Assembly (NCBI GenBank): GCA_964392785.1
Contig: CAYMRH010000002.1
Coordinates: forward strand, 797-64,796
Source of the DNA: an uncultured Brevinematales bacterium
Lineage (GTDB): Bacteria; Spirochaetota; Brevinematia; Brevinematales; JAOACQ01
DNA: 64,000 nucleotides
Direction: 5' to 3'
Below, in pieces: positions 15,780 to 25,482 of the stretch. Position numbers and translations under genes: made by a program. The notes below the pieces were generated by a model, which saw only the letters and a list, made by a program, of their open reading frames with translations, searched no databases and was not told the origin of the DNA. Within the stretch, counting starts at the first letter, position 1; each line of letters starts with the position of its first letter.

Positions 15780-17387
15780 ATGAAATTCAAAGTCATGGTC
15801 ACGGACAAACTGGACAAGGAAGGGATCGACATCCTGAAATCCTTCCCGGAAATCGAGGTCGTGGAAAGGGAAACCCTCAAAGGCGACGACCTGAAGAACG
15901 AACTCCAGAAAGGTTACGACGCCGTCATTGTCCGGAGCGACACCAAGCTGACCAGGGACGTGATCGCGGCCTCGCAGGGCCTGAAGGTCATTTCCCGGGC
16001 CGGGGTGGGCGTGGACAACATTGACGTCCCGGCCGCGACGGAAAAAGGCATCGTGGTCATGAACGCCCCCATGGGCAACACGATCTCCACCGCGGAATAC
16101 ACTTTCGCCATGATGATTTCACTCGCGCGGAAAATCCCGTTTGCCCACGCCACGACCAAGATTGAAGGCAAGTGGGACCGGAAAACGTTCAAGGGCGACG
16201 AACTCCTGAACAAGACGCTGGGCGTCGTGGGCCTGGGACGCATCGGAACCGAAGTGGCCAAACGCGCGCAGGCATTCGGCATGAAGATTCTGGGTTACGA
16301 CCCCTTCGTGTCTGACGAATTCGCCCGGCAGAACGGCATCGAACTCGCCACGCTGGAGAAAATTTACAGGGAAAGCGACTACATCACGCTCCACACGCCT
16401 CTGACCGATCAGACCCGCGGGATGATCGGAAAGAACGAATTGGGCATGATGAAGAAAAAGGCTCGGATCGTCAACTGCGCCCGCGGCGGCATTGTGGACG
16501 AGGCGGCTTTGGCGGAAGCCCTGAAGGAAGGCCGGATCGCCGGCGCGGCGCTGGACGTTTTTTCCAAAGAACCGCCCATGGACCCGAACCCGCGCAACCC
16601 GCTCCTGGACGCGCCCAACTGCGTTGTCTGCCCCCACCTGGGCGCTTCCACTTCCGAAGCGCAGTTCAACGTGGCCGTGGAAAGCGCGGAGACGGTGGCC
16701 AACTTCCTGATCCACGGCATGATCGCCAATTCCGTGAATATGCCGTCCATCAGCAAAGAGGCGTTTGAAAATCTCAAGGGTTTCGTCACGCTGTCGGAAC
16801 GGATGGGCTCCGTCATCGCGCAGTGCATTGACGGGCAGATCGGAGAAATACGGATATCCTGCGCCGGGGACGAGATAACCGAAAAGGATCTGTCCATCCT
16901 GACCCGCGCGGCCCTGAAAGGGCTTTTCCAGAGTTTCCTGGGCGACACCGTGAATTACGTCAACGCGACGGCGACGGCCAAATCCCGCGGGATCCGGATC
17001 ATCGAGGAAAAAGACGACCCGACCACCGAATACACCAACCTGATCGCCCTGACCGTCAAAAGCGACAAGGAAACCATGGAAATGTGGGGCACGGTCCACT
17101 CCCGCAGCCGCTGCAAGATCGTCAAGTTCAACGACTACTTCCTGGAAGTGGATCCGCACGGCACGCTGGTCATCATCTCCAACGCCGACAAGCCGGGCGT
17201 GATCGGCCGCGTCGGAACCATCATGGGAGAACACCGCATCAATATTGCCAGCATGAAAGTGTCCCGCAAACAGGACCAGAACGCGGCCTTGATCGTGCTG
17301 AACGTCGATTCGGAAATCACCGCCGACGTCACCGCCAAGCTGTCCGGCGTTCCGGATATCCTGAAATACAAAGTCGTCAAACTCTGA
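15780..17387 (+). CDS. serA: D-3-phosphoglycerate dehydrogenase
   Basis: Starts MKFKVMVTDKLDKEGIDIL with GAGGAG upstream. GVVGLGRIGTEVAKRA NAD loop, CARGGIVDE motif, and a C-terminal ACT domain. The track ORF start at 15447 is rejected. Confidence 0.85.
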   Translation: MKFKVMVTDKLDKEGIDILKSFPEIEVVERETLKGDDLKNELQKGYDAVIVRSDTKLTRDVIAASQGLKVISRAGVGVDNIDVPAATEKGIVVMNAPMGNTISTAEYTFAMMISLARKIPFAHATTKIEGKWDRKTFKGDELLNKTLGVVGLGRIGTEVAKRAQAFGMKILGYDPFVSDEFARQNGIELATLEKIYRESDYITLHTPLTDQTRGMIGKNELGMMKKKARIVNCARGGIVDEAALAEALKEGRIAGAALDVFSKEPPMDPNPRNPLLDAPNCVVCPHLGASTSEAQFNVAVESAETVANFLIHGMIANSVNMPSISKEAFENLKGFVTLSERMGSVIAQCIDGQIGEIRISCAGDEITEKDLSILTRAALKGLFQSFLGDTVNYVNATATAKSRGIRIIEEKDDPTTEYTNLIALTVKSDKETMEMWGTVHSRSRCKIVKFNDYFLEVDPHGTLVIISNADKPGVIGRVGTIMGEHRINIASMKVSRKQDQNAALIVLNVDSEITADVTAKLSGVPDILKYKVVKL

Positions 17388-17457
17388 TTCCAGGCAGGGC
17401 CCTGACGCCCCGACCCTGAGCCCCGGAAAACGAAAGAATCAGGAGAGGCCGGACGCC

Positions 17458-18099
17458 ATGAAAGCAGAACAGATCAAGGACATTCTGAGACGGGAAAAAC
17501 TGATCCCGATCCTGAGAACCCGCTCCTCGCAGAGCGTGTTTCCCATCGCGCAGGCAGTCCAGGACGGCGGCGGCCGCGTGCTGGAATACACCATGACCAT
17601 CGAGGGCATTATCCGGGAAATCGGGAAAGTCAAGGAGAAACACCCCGAACTGACGATCGGGCTGGGCACCGTGCTGGACAAAAAAGACGCCCAGGCCGCC
17701 CTGGACGCCGGGGTGGATTTCATTGTCAGCCCCATCCTGAATTACGAGATCGTGGAAACCGTGAAATCCCGGGACAAGATCGTGATGTTGTCGGGTTTTA
17801 CTCCCACGGAACTCTATAACGCCTATAAAGCCGGCTGCGATGTCGTGAAACTCTTTCCCGCCAGCGAGATGAAACCCACATTCATCCGTGAAATCCAGGG
17901 CCCCCTGCCCTTCCTCGAGATCTTTCCGACCGGCGGCCTGGACCTGATTTCCGCCATCCAGTATATCGCCAACGGCGCTTTTGCGGTCGGAATGGGTTCC
18001 ACCGTTTTCAAGAAGGAATTGATCGAAGCGAAGGAATACGGCGAGATTGCCCGGCGTTTGAATAACGCCCTCCACCGCATCCAGAACATGGAGATTTAG
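17458..18099 (+). CDS. eda: KDPG / 4-hydroxy-2-oxoglutarate aldolase
   Basis: LIPILRT, GLGTVL, FIVSP, VKLFPA (Schiff-base Lys) and FPTGG motifs of the Eda family. Confidence 0.8.
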   Translation: MKAEQIKDILRREKLIPILRTRSSQSVFPIAQAVQDGGGRVLEYTMTIEGIIREIGKVKEKHPELTIGLGTVLDKKDAQAALDAGVDFIVSPILNYEIVETVKSRDKIVMLSGFTPTELYNAYKAGCDVVKLFPASEMKPTFIREIQGPLPFLEIFPTGGLDLISAIQYIANGAFAVGMGSTVFKKELIEAKEYGEIARRLNNALHRIQNMEI

Positions 18100-18102
18100 G
18101 GC

Positions 18103-19089
18103 TTATTTTGCCGCGGGTTCCGGCTGGACTGAAAATCCCACCGATTTGAACAGATTCGTGGAAGAATGCTGGAATGAGGGATCAGACGTTTCCGTTTTCC
18201 AGCGGTCAAACACGAGCGGATTGTCCTGCACCCGGCAGTTCCCCCACCCCTTTCCCCGGAACATGGGAATCTGTTCCCAGTCCCAGTTGATGTAGCAGAC
18301 CGCCTTCACGTCCTTCTCCCGGATAAACCGGAAAAACGGCTTGAACCAGTGGTTCCAGGATTTTTCCCCTTCCAGCACCCCGCTGCCGAACGGCGTGGCT
18401 TCCGCGATCATGAGCGGTTTCCCGCGGTCACGGGCGAACTTGACCATACGCCCCATGTTCGCCGGGCCCTGCGCAAAATAGGAAACCGCGAACCAGTCCA
18501 CGTAACCGTCTCCCGGATACCAGTTGGACACGGGAATTTCCCGGAGCACGCCGTAGGAATGCCAGACAAACGCGACATTGGGCGTTTTGCGGGCGCGGAT
18601 CCGGTCAGCCACGTGCCGGTAGGTCCTGACGTAGTCATCCGGATGGTAATTGTTTTCGGGAAAATCAAACTCGTAGCCGATCCGGAGAAACACCGGCCGG
18701 CCGCTGTTTTTGATCCAGTCCGCGATAAAATCGATGTTTCCGTCGTAATGACCGTCCAGAATATCGTCCGCGTTTCCGGCCATCCAGAGGCCGATCTGGA
18801 CCATGGTATCGGGATAGCTGTCCAATAAGCCGCGCGCGTTCTGGATGCCGCCGGACGGCGGAGAATCGCTGTCCAGACCCGAAGGGTCCTGCACGGACGT
18901 GTAAACCATGAACCCGGCCGGCACGGAGCCCGTGTCCCTGACATAATCGTGAAAGGCGGAATTGTCCTGGCCTATGAACAGAAGTTTTTGACCGGAAGGG
19001 GGGACAAATTTTCCCCCGACGGCGGAATCTCCGGCGTGGACGGGCGAGGAACATAGAACCAGAAGAGCGGTCAGAACGGACGGACGCAT
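18103..19089 (-). CDS. secreted GH26-like glycoside hydrolase (mannanase family)
   Basis: Signal peptide MRPSVLTALLVLCSSPVHA. RIGYEFD and MIAEATP are candidate catalytic Glu positions. WYPGDGYVDWFAVSYF is typical of GH26. Start trimmed to the ATG at 19089. Confidence 0.6.
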   Translation of the reverse strand: MRPSVLTALLVLCSSPVHAGDSAVGGKFVPPSGQKLLFIGQDNSAFHDYVRDTGSVPAGFMVYTSVQDPSGLDSDSPPSGGIQNARGLLDSYPDTMVQIGLWMAGNADDILDGHYDGNIDFIADWIKNSGRPVFLRIGYEFDFPENNYHPDDYVRTYRHVADRIRARKTPNVAFVWHSYGVLREIPVSNWYPGDGYVDWFAVSYFAQGPANMGRMVKFARDRGKPLMIAEATPFGSGVLEGEKSWNHWFKPFFRFIREKDVKAVCYINWDWEQIPMFRGKGWGNCRVQDNPLVFDRWKTETSDPSFQHSSTNLFKSVGFSVQPEPAAK

Positions 19090-19126
19090 ATCTCGCCTCC
19101 GGGTTGTAACGGCCGTAACCGGCGGA

Positions 19127-19888
19127 TCAGGGATTGAAAGGCAGGCTGTTGTTTGCCGGGACGGGCGTCGCGGGCTGCTGGGACGGCTCGGAATAAAAGT
19201 AAATCTTGCCCCAGGCATACCGGTTCCAGATCGAGCCGGGATAATCCTTGACCATCTGGCGGTAATAGGCGATCGCGTTCTGAATGTCGCCGATCATTTC
19301 CTTGGAACGGGCCATGCCGATCAAAGCCAGAGGCGCGAATCCTTCCCCGCGGTACTGACCGACCAGCATACTGTAGTCCTGGAAAGCGCCGGCGTAATCG
19401 TTTTTCTGTTCGTGACATTGGGCGCTCCCGACCAGGGCCAGGGCCTTGTAAAACGGGGCGGAACCGCCTTGAATCACGGTGCGGTAATAGGACAGCGCGG
19501 TGTTGACGGACTCCACCTTGCCGGTTGTGTAAGCCTCTTCGTAAAACACCCGGCCCAGATACAGCCTGGCCCGCGTTGCCGCCACGGTGCCGGGGTAATT
19601 CTGCACAAGAACGTTCATATTGTTGATCTGGTCCTGATAGATCCGCTGCCGTTCGGACTGGTTGGTCACATAGCGGAGACTGTTGATATAGCTTTGGGAA
19701 ATATCGTACATGCGGCCGGCTTTTTCCTCGTTGGACTGGGAAATCCCCCTCAGGATCACGACAACCAGAACCGCGACCAGAAGCGACGCAGCGGCAATGG
19801 ATGCCGCCCACTTGTACCGGACCACCCAACCCAGGACCCGGTCAGAAACGATTTTATAGAGATTCTTTTTCGTCGTCGGCTGATTCAT
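19127..19888 (-). CDS. membrane-anchored tetratricopeptide-repeat protein
   Basis: N-terminal TM helix (AASIAAASLLVAVLVVVIL) followed by TPR-like helices (ARLYLGRVFYEEA, ALALVGSAQCHEQKNDYAGAFQDY, AIAYYRQMVKDYPGS). Its start overlaps the rpsA stop by 35 nt. Confidence 0.6.
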   Translation of the reverse strand: MNQPTTKKNLYKIVSDRVLGWVVRYKWAASIAAASLLVAVLVVVILRGISQSNEEKAGRMYDISQSYINSLRYVTNQSERQRIYQDQINNMNVLVQNYPGTVAATRARLYLGRVFYEEAYTTGKVESVNTALSYYRTVIQGGSAPFYKALALVGSAQCHEQKNDYAGAFQDYSMLVGQYRGEGFAPLALIGMARSKEMIGDIQNAIAYYRQMVKDYPGSIWNRYAWGKIYFYSEPSQQPATPVPANNSLPFNP

Positions 19889-21716
19889 CGTCTGTCTCCG
19901 TCACGTTTTTGGTAGAGGTATCGGATTCGGGAACGGCGCCCCCGTCCTCCCGGGTTCCGGGCGTTTTGGTTTTCTGCGCGGCCGCCGGTTTTTCGCGCGT
20001 TTCCTCCGCGGGCACAGCCGGCCGCTTCTCCTGAATCAGGGCGCCAATGGAGGCCGTGGTGTGGCCCGGCCGGCCGCTGGCCATGTATTTCGCGGAATCA
20101 ACCCGCTCCTCGTTGTTCAGGAAGTCCCTGATGGAAAGTTCAATCTTGAGTTTCTGGGTGTCAATGGTGCGGACCAGGGCCTGGACCTCGTCGCCCGCTT
20201 TCAGGACGTCGGACGGTTTCTCCACTTTCTCCCGGGCCAGCTGGGAAACGTGTATGAACGCCTCGGGGTCCCCGTCTGTCAGGATCGTCACGACCACGCC
20301 GTGTTCCTGGACGTCCTTCACGCGGGCCTTGACCACGGAACCCTTCGGGTAATTCATGGACAGGACCTTGTAGGGGTTGTCGGAAAGCTGCTTATAGCCC
20401 AGCCTCAGTTTTTCCTTTTCGGCGTTGAGCTCCAGAACCATGACCTGGACCTTGTCCCCTTTCTTGAATTTCTTCCTCAGGTCCACGTTCGGATCCAGCC
20501 AGTCCACGTCTTCCTTGCGCATGAGACCTTCGATGCCGTCGGGCAGTTTGACGAACACGCCAAAATCGACAATGGACGTCACGGTACCCTCGACCTTCCG
20601 GCCGTAGTTATAATTCTGCGCCGCGGCTTTCCAGGGATTTTCCTGGATGTCCCGGAGGGAAACGTCCATGCGCCTGCGTTCGGGGCTGACATTCCGGATC
20701 TTGACTTCGACAATCTGTCCGGTTGAGAGGAGCTTTTTCGGGTCGCGGACGCGCTCGGTCCAGGACATTTCTCCCACGGCCAGAAAGGCCTCCACGCCGT
20801 CTTCCACCTCGATCATCGCGCCGTCGCGCCGGAACGCCGTCACTTTTCCCTTGACCACGTCTCCCGCCTGATAACTTTCCCCCGCTTTCTGCCAGGGATC
20901 GGGCGTGAGCTGTTTTTTACCCACCCGGACAGAATTCTTGGAAGGGTCCAGACGGGTAATCACCACTTCCATCGCGTCGCCCAAAGAGACGATCTTTCTG
21001 AGGTCCGCCAGATACTTCCAGGAAAAATCGGAAACGTGAAGGAAAGCGCGGATGCCTTCCACGGTCAGGACCAGGAAGTCCTCTTCCACGCGCTCCACTT
21101 TGCCGTTGACCAGGTCTCCTTCCTTGTGCTTCTCAAAAAAGACGCCGTAGAGTTTTTTGACCGTTTTCTGGAGGAATTCCCTGCGGGAGACGGCAATGCG
21201 GCCGCGCTCCACTTCCAGCACCGCGAAATCCATGGTCTGGCCGATCAGGGCGTCGAGTTTGTCGTCGCGGCGGGTGTCCACGTGGGACAACGGCAGAAAA
21301 CCCTCAACGTCCCGTCCCAGAGTCACCAGGTATCCCTTGGGGGTTCCGTCCTTGGAAACCAGTTCCCGGATGGTTCCCTGGACCGGGAGACCTTCCGAGC
21401 AGGCCTTTTTGACTTCGTCCATTTTCGTGAATTTCTCGGCATCCAGACGGGACGCGATCATCACTCCATCGCGCATTTCCTTGACGACCACGGTGACCTG
21501 GTCCCCGATTTTCGGCAGGACCGAAAACTCGGATTTGGGCACAAGACATTCCGATTTGCTCCCCATGTCCATAAAGACGTCGGTGTCGCCGATGGCAACA
21601 ACCCGCCCCGTCTGGGCCTGCCCTCTGCGCTGCGGCGTGTCGGGCTTCTGCTCGCCCTTTTGCATCGCCTCCAGGAACAGATCGCTCATACCTTGCGCGC
21701 TCATTATTGACTCCAA
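19854..21716 (-). CDS. rpsA: 30S ribosomal protein S1
   Basis: 620 aa with six recognisable S1 OB-fold repeats (for example G.VV.G.V..I...GA.V...GVEGFL patterns) and an acidic C-terminal tail. Confidence 0.85.
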   Translation of the reverse strand: MESIMSAQGMSDLFLEAMQKGEQKPDTPQRRGQAQTGRVVAIGDTDVFMDMGSKSECLVPKSEFSVLPKIGDQVTVVVKEMRDGVMIASRLDAEKFTKMDEVKKACSEGLPVQGTIRELVSKDGTPKGYLVTLGRDVEGFLPLSHVDTRRDDKLDALIGQTMDFAVLEVERGRIAVSRREFLQKTVKKLYGVFFEKHKEGDLVNGKVERVEEDFLVLTVEGIRAFLHVSDFSWKYLADLRKIVSLGDAMEVVITRLDPSKNSVRVGKKQLTPDPWQKAGESYQAGDVVKGKVTAFRRDGAMIEVEDGVEAFLAVGEMSWTERVRDPKKLLSTGQIVEVKIRNVSPERRRMDVSLRDIQENPWKAAAQNYNYGRKVEGTVTSIVDFGVFVKLPDGIEGLMRKEDVDWLDPNVDLRKKFKKGDKVQVMVLELNAEKEKLRLGYKQLSDNPYKVLSMNYPKGSVVKARVKDVQEHGVVVTILTDGDPEAFIHVSQLAREKVEKPSDVLKAGDEVQALVRTIDTQKLKIELSIRDFLNNEERVDSAKYMASGRPGHTTASIGALIQEKRPAVPAEETREKPAAAQKTKTPGTREDGGAVPESDTSTKNVTETDDESADDEKESL

Positions 21717-21737
21717 CCCACCAAAATACGGCTTTAT

Positions 21738-21765
21738 ATTTTAATTGACCCCTCCAATTTGTCAA
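21738..21765 (-). promoter_or_regulatory. sigma-70-like promoter candidate for rpsA
   Basis: On the minus strand: TTGACA (rc of 21760..21765), 16-nt spacer, TAAAAT (rc of 21738..21743), about 20 nt upstream of the ATG at 21716. Confidence 0.5.
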
Positions 21766-21889
21766 TCTTTGGCCTTTCGGGAGGGGGGTTCAGACCCTGA
21801 AAAAGCCGGAGAAACCGAGATTGGCGCTGAAAATTTGGACGGCTTCAGGTCGTTCTGATATTGACGCCCTGCGAATCCCAGCGCTCATT

Positions 21890-22078
21890 AAAAAAAACGG
21901 CCATAAAGGCGCTTCCAAAAAACCCTGCTTCGACTGGGCTCAGCACAAGCCTGTTCGGGCGGCCCGCCCGAGGCGGGTCAGCCTTGGGTTGACAAGGTCG
22001 CGCCATAAGGGCGGTTTCTTGGCCTTTTTAGATTCGGATCAACAAAAAAGCGGGTTTCTGGAAGTGCCTTTAAGATAC
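21890..22078. ncRNA. candidate structured RNA or complex terminator (6S-like rod?); strand unresolved
   Basis: A 26-bp imperfect closing stem pairs 21904..21930 (TAAAGGCGCTTCCAAAAAACCCTGCTT) with 22048..22073 (AAGCGGGTTTCTGGAAGTGCCTTTAA) and encloses about 115 nt. That interior contains a GC hairpin, CCCGCC-CGA-GGCGGG, at 21963..21977. An A8 run at 21890..21897 gives U8 on the minus strand just after the stem. No credible CDS is present. Confidence 0.3.
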
Positions 22079-22100
22079 TATTCTCAGGCATCCTGACCAA

Positions 22101-22778
22101 TCAACGGATCTGGATATTCCTGATATCGAAAATTTCCGGCCTGGGATCCTGCGTTTCAAAGGTTTTTGTCAGGAATCTTGCAGGGACCTGATAGGTTTTC
22201 CCGCCGGCTTGGACCGGCTGATAGACGATTATTGTGGAACTCATGAGACTGTTTCCCAGCATGTAATCAATGCGCTGGATACGGTTTTCATTCGGCTTGG
22301 AGTACAGCAGCAAGGCGTTTTCAGCCGACTGGATGGCCAGCTTCAAGACGACCAGGTTCTCCTGCCGCGAATGGAAGGAGAAAGCGTATTTTCCGATGAA
22401 TTGTTCGTTTTTTTCCGAGGAAAGGATCAGGTCGAACGCGAAGATTTGCCGGGGCAGGTCGCTGTAAAGATCGCGGTACAGTTCGTCCACGTTCTGGACC
22501 CTCAAACCGATTCCGCCCTTTTTTGAATAGTTGAGCCGGACATAGACGCGCTTGGACGGATCCAGGCGGGAATCCGGGGGAATATTGCCGAGTTTCTTTT
22601 CGATCGATTTTCCGGAAAGCTCACCCGAAAAGGACGCCGGGAGTCCGTCCAGAATGGTTTTCCGCAAACCCAGAAAATATTCCTTTGCCGCAGCCGGACC
22701 GGCGTCCTGCGCCACAGACCATACGGCCGGAACGGCCACACAAACCGTCAACAAGACCAGATATCGAAAAAAGCTCAT
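22101..22778 (-). CDS. hypothetical secreted protein
   Basis: 225 aa with a signal peptide (MSFFRYLVLLTVCVAVPAVWSVAQD). I recognise no family. GC content is lower than that of the neighbouring genes. Confidence 0.55.
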   Translation of the reverse strand: MSFFRYLVLLTVCVAVPAVWSVAQDAGPAAAKEYFLGLRKTILDGLPASFSGELSGKSIEKKLGNIPPDSRLDPSKRVYVRLNYSKKGGIGLRVQNVDELYRDLYSDLPRQIFAFDLILSSEKNEQFIGKYAFSFHSRQENLVVLKLAIQSAENALLLYSKPNENRIQRIDYMLGNSLMSSTIIVYQPVQAGGKTYQVPARFLTKTFETQDPRPEIFDIRNIQIR

Positions 22779-23024
22779 GGCAAACCCCGCAAACCGTCAA
22801 TCAGACAGTATTATATACCAAAAAGCCGGTTTTTCACAGTTAAAATGACTGCCCGCCGGCATGCCAAGGATCGGCCGCATCATCGGAGCAGAAAAGCAAC
22901 ATAATCAATCGCTAATTACCCGCTCACAGGGACAGAGCCCCTGTCGGCACGAAAAAAAAACCGTTTTCAATTATAATCATCCCGATGTCCGTCCGGGAGA
23001 ACCCTCAGGAAAACCGGAGTTGAG

Positions 23025-23501
23025 GTGAACACCATGCAGACCGGAATCAGTGTAGCCAAAAACAAGGCCGTCCGCTTCATCCAGTACCGCCCGAGAACCG
23101 AGAACGAGGTCCGCCGGAAATTGTCCGGATCAGGATATGACGGAAATACGATTGACCGGGTTGTCACGCAGCTCAAGGAAGAAAACATGCTGAATGACGC
23201 GGATTTCGCCAGGGCCTGGGCCGAGGAGAGGTTCCTGTCCAAACGGCTCGGGTGGAGCAGGATCCGCCGCGAGCTCGCCCGGAAAGGCGTGGACCGCGAA
23301 ACCGTGAACCGGATCATGGAGGAGCTGTCCGATCAGTACGATGAAACGGAAAACGCAATCGCCTATCTCGCCATGAAATACCGCGGCAGACCCGGCCCCC
23401 GGGATGAACGCAAAGACATCGAGGCGCTGATCCGGGCGGGATATAACGGAAACGCCGCCCGGGCGGCCGCGCGTCAGCTGAAGGAAAAACGGCCGTCATA
23501 A
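23025..23501 (+). CDS. recX: recombination regulator RecX
   Basis: RFIQYRPRTENEVRRKL, DADFARAWAE and RIRRELARKGV are three-helix repeats typical of RecX. Confidence 0.8.
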   Translation: MNTMQTGISVAKNKAVRFIQYRPRTENEVRRKLSGSGYDGNTIDRVVTQLKEENMLNDADFARAWAEERFLSKRLGWSRIRRELARKGVDRETVNRIMEELSDQYDETENAIAYLAMKYRGRPGPRDERKDIEALIRAGYNGNAARAAARQLKEKRPS

Positions 23502-23544
23502 AAAACCGCCCGGAAACGCCGCGAAAGCGGCGATCTCCGGGCGG
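23500..23544 (-). terminator. intrinsic terminator for the symporter operon (minus strand); hairpin also follows recX
   Basis: Nested stem CCGCCCGGA..CGCCGC-GAAA-GCGGCG..TCCGGGCGG (23506..23544). On the minus strand it is followed by a T-run (the A-run at 23500..23505). Confidence 0.55.
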
Positions 23545-23591
23545 GTATTCCGAAACGGGACCGGGAAAACCCTGGCGGTTTTCCCGGATGT

Positions 23592-25199
23592 TTATTTTCC
23601 GATTCCGTTGAAACTCCTGTCCAGCGTTTCCCGTGACGGAGGTTTGGTGAAGAGGCTCACCACAATGGTCACGATGGCCGATAACGGCAGCGACACCACG
23701 ATCGGATCCACTTCCGCCCAGATGGTTTTGCCGGCGATGGTCGGCACACCGAAGATCGCCTTGGACAGCCCCAACGGAGCCGATTCGGCCGCGTGGACGA
23801 ACAGAAGCCAGAACGCGCTGACAGTCAGCCCGGTCAGGAATCCGGCGATCGCCCCGGCCTTACTGGCCCGCTTCCAGTACAGACCGCTGAAATACAGCGG
23901 CAGGAAGGTCGCGGCGCACAGACCGAAGAATATGGCCGTTCCCCTCGCGATGATGGCCGAACCCTGATCGAAGAACCGCGGCAGGACATAGGCCAGGATC
24001 GTGCTGACAAGAATCGCTATGATCATGGCGATCTTGCTGGTCAGCACCGAATTCTTCATGTTGACCCTCAGCCCCTTTTCCAGGAAATCGCGCCCGAAGG
24101 CGGACCCCATGGCGTGGAACTGGGAGGACAGCGTGGACATGGCCGCGGCGAGCAGCGTAATCATGAAGACCGCGGAAAACCACGGCGGCATGGCGGAATT
24201 GATGTACATGGGAATGATTTTCTCCACGTTCTTGGCCGCCGCGATGATCGAGATGCTTCCCAGTTTCTGGAAGAAATAGACGTTGGTCAGAGCGCCCACG
24301 GTGAAGGCGACACCCGTCATCATCAGGATGAACACGCCTCCCACCAAGATCGCGCGGTTGATTTCCCGGTCGCTTTTCACGGTCATGAAACGGACCACCA
24401 GCTGCGGTTGCGCCAGAACGCCGATCCCCACTCCCATGACGATGGTGGAAACCAGACGCCACCAGAATACCGATCCCGCGGCGGGCATGGCCGTCCAGCC
24501 CATGTGACCGGCCGCGCCCCAGATCTTTTTGGCTTCGGGGGCCAGCGCCGTCAGCGCTTTGTGGGACGGGGTGACACCCCCCAGGATAATGTAGGTAAAG
24601 ATCAGCAGGAGCGCCATGCCGATGAACATGATCGTGCCCTGGAAGGCGTCCGCGTACATCACGCCCTTCAGTCCGCCCATGACCACGTAGATGGCGACGA
24701 TGGCCACAAAGAAGAACAGCGCGATGTCGTAATTGATTTTCAGCGTTTCGCCCACGAACTGCGCCCCGCCGATGATGACGGATCCGGCGTAGAGCGGCAT
24801 GGCTACGAAGATCAGCAGTCCCGACGCCCACTGCAGAAACTTGGAATCAAACCGCTTGCCCATCAGCTCCGGGAAGGTGTGCGCGTCCAGGTTGTGGCCG
24901 ATCTTGCGCGTCCGCTTCCCGAAGATGGCGAACGCGATGAAGATGCCCACGAAAATGTTCAAAAACGTCAGCCACAGGATGCCCATGCCGTACACGGCCG
25001 CCGCGCCGCCGAAACCGACAATGGCCGACGTGCTGATGAACGTGGCGCCGTAGGAAATCGCCATGATCATCGGGTGCGCCTTGCGTCCGGCCACCAGATA
25101 ATCCGAAGCGTTTTTGGTCTGCTTGTAACCCAGGTAACCCAGGAGCGCCGTGATCACCAGATAGACAAGAACCGTGATGATGATGACCAGCAGATTCAT
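23592..25199 (-). CDS. sodium:solute symporter family (SSF) transporter
   Basis: 535 aa, about 13-14 TM helices, SSF-type N-terminus (LLGYLGYKQTKNASDYLVAGRK). Substrate unknown. Confidence 0.8.
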   Translation of the reverse strand: MNLLVIIITVLVYLVITALLGYLGYKQTKNASDYLVAGRKAHPMIMAISYGATFISTSAIVGFGGAAAVYGMGILWLTFLNIFVGIFIAFAIFGKRTRKIGHNLDAHTFPELMGKRFDSKFLQWASGLLIFVAMPLYAGSVIIGGAQFVGETLKINYDIALFFFVAIVAIYVVMGGLKGVMYADAFQGTIMFIGMALLLIFTYIILGGVTPSHKALTALAPEAKKIWGAAGHMGWTAMPAAGSVFWWRLVSTIVMGVGIGVLAQPQLVVRFMTVKSDREINRAILVGGVFILMMTGVAFTVGALTNVYFFQKLGSISIIAAAKNVEKIIPMYINSAMPPWFSAVFMITLLAAAMSTLSSQFHAMGSAFGRDFLEKGLRVNMKNSVLTSKIAMIIAILVSTILAYVLPRFFDQGSAIIARGTAIFFGLCAATFLPLYFSGLYWKRASKAGAIAGFLTGLTVSAFWLLFVHAAESAPLGLSKAIFGVPTIAGKTIWAEVDPIVVSLPLSAIVTIVVSLFTKPPSRETLDRSFNGIGK

Positions 25200-25387
25200 T
25201 TTTGACCTCCGTTATCGCCGCTCAGTTCCGGGTCTTTCTTTTCCCACTCCGCCTCTTCCTCGATCTGCCCCGGCTCCGACTCCTTGGACTTGTTCCAGTT
25301 GACCGCTCCGTACACCACGCACAGAACGGTCGCCAGGACAGAACCGAGATACCCGAACAGGACCCCGATGCCTTCGAAACCCAACAT
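25196..25387 (-). CDS. symporter small accessory membrane protein
   Basis: 63 aa with one hydrophobic hairpin/helix then an acidic tail. Its stop overlaps the SSF start (ATGA). This matches the known pairing of a small subunit upstream of SSF genes. Confidence 0.55.
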   Translation of the reverse strand: MLGFEGIGVLFGYLGSVLATVLCVVYGAVNWNKSKESEPGQIEEEAEWEKKDPELSGDNGGQK

Positions 25388-25410
25388 GGTTATACCTCCA
25401 AAACCGGACC

Positions 25411-25455
25411 GGGGGCGGATCGCACCTCCAGAGAACCGCTTTCGCGCCCGCCCCC
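25411..25455 (-). promoter_or_regulatory. GC-rich hairpin between tetR and the symporter genes (attenuator/terminator candidate)
   Basis: GGGGGCGG (25411..25418) pairs with CCGCCCCC (25448..25455). On the minus strand a short T4 run follows 7 nt after the stem. Confidence 0.3.
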
Positions 25456-25482
25456 AACCGATTGAACATCAACCCTCAAACG

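Noticed and set aside
21821-22096. 91-aa plus-strand ORF (TTG start) in the rpsA upstream gap
   Set aside because: Non-ATG start, no Shine-Dalgarno and implausible Arg/Lys/Ala-rich sequence. The region is better explained by the long-range inverted repeat / structured element reported above.
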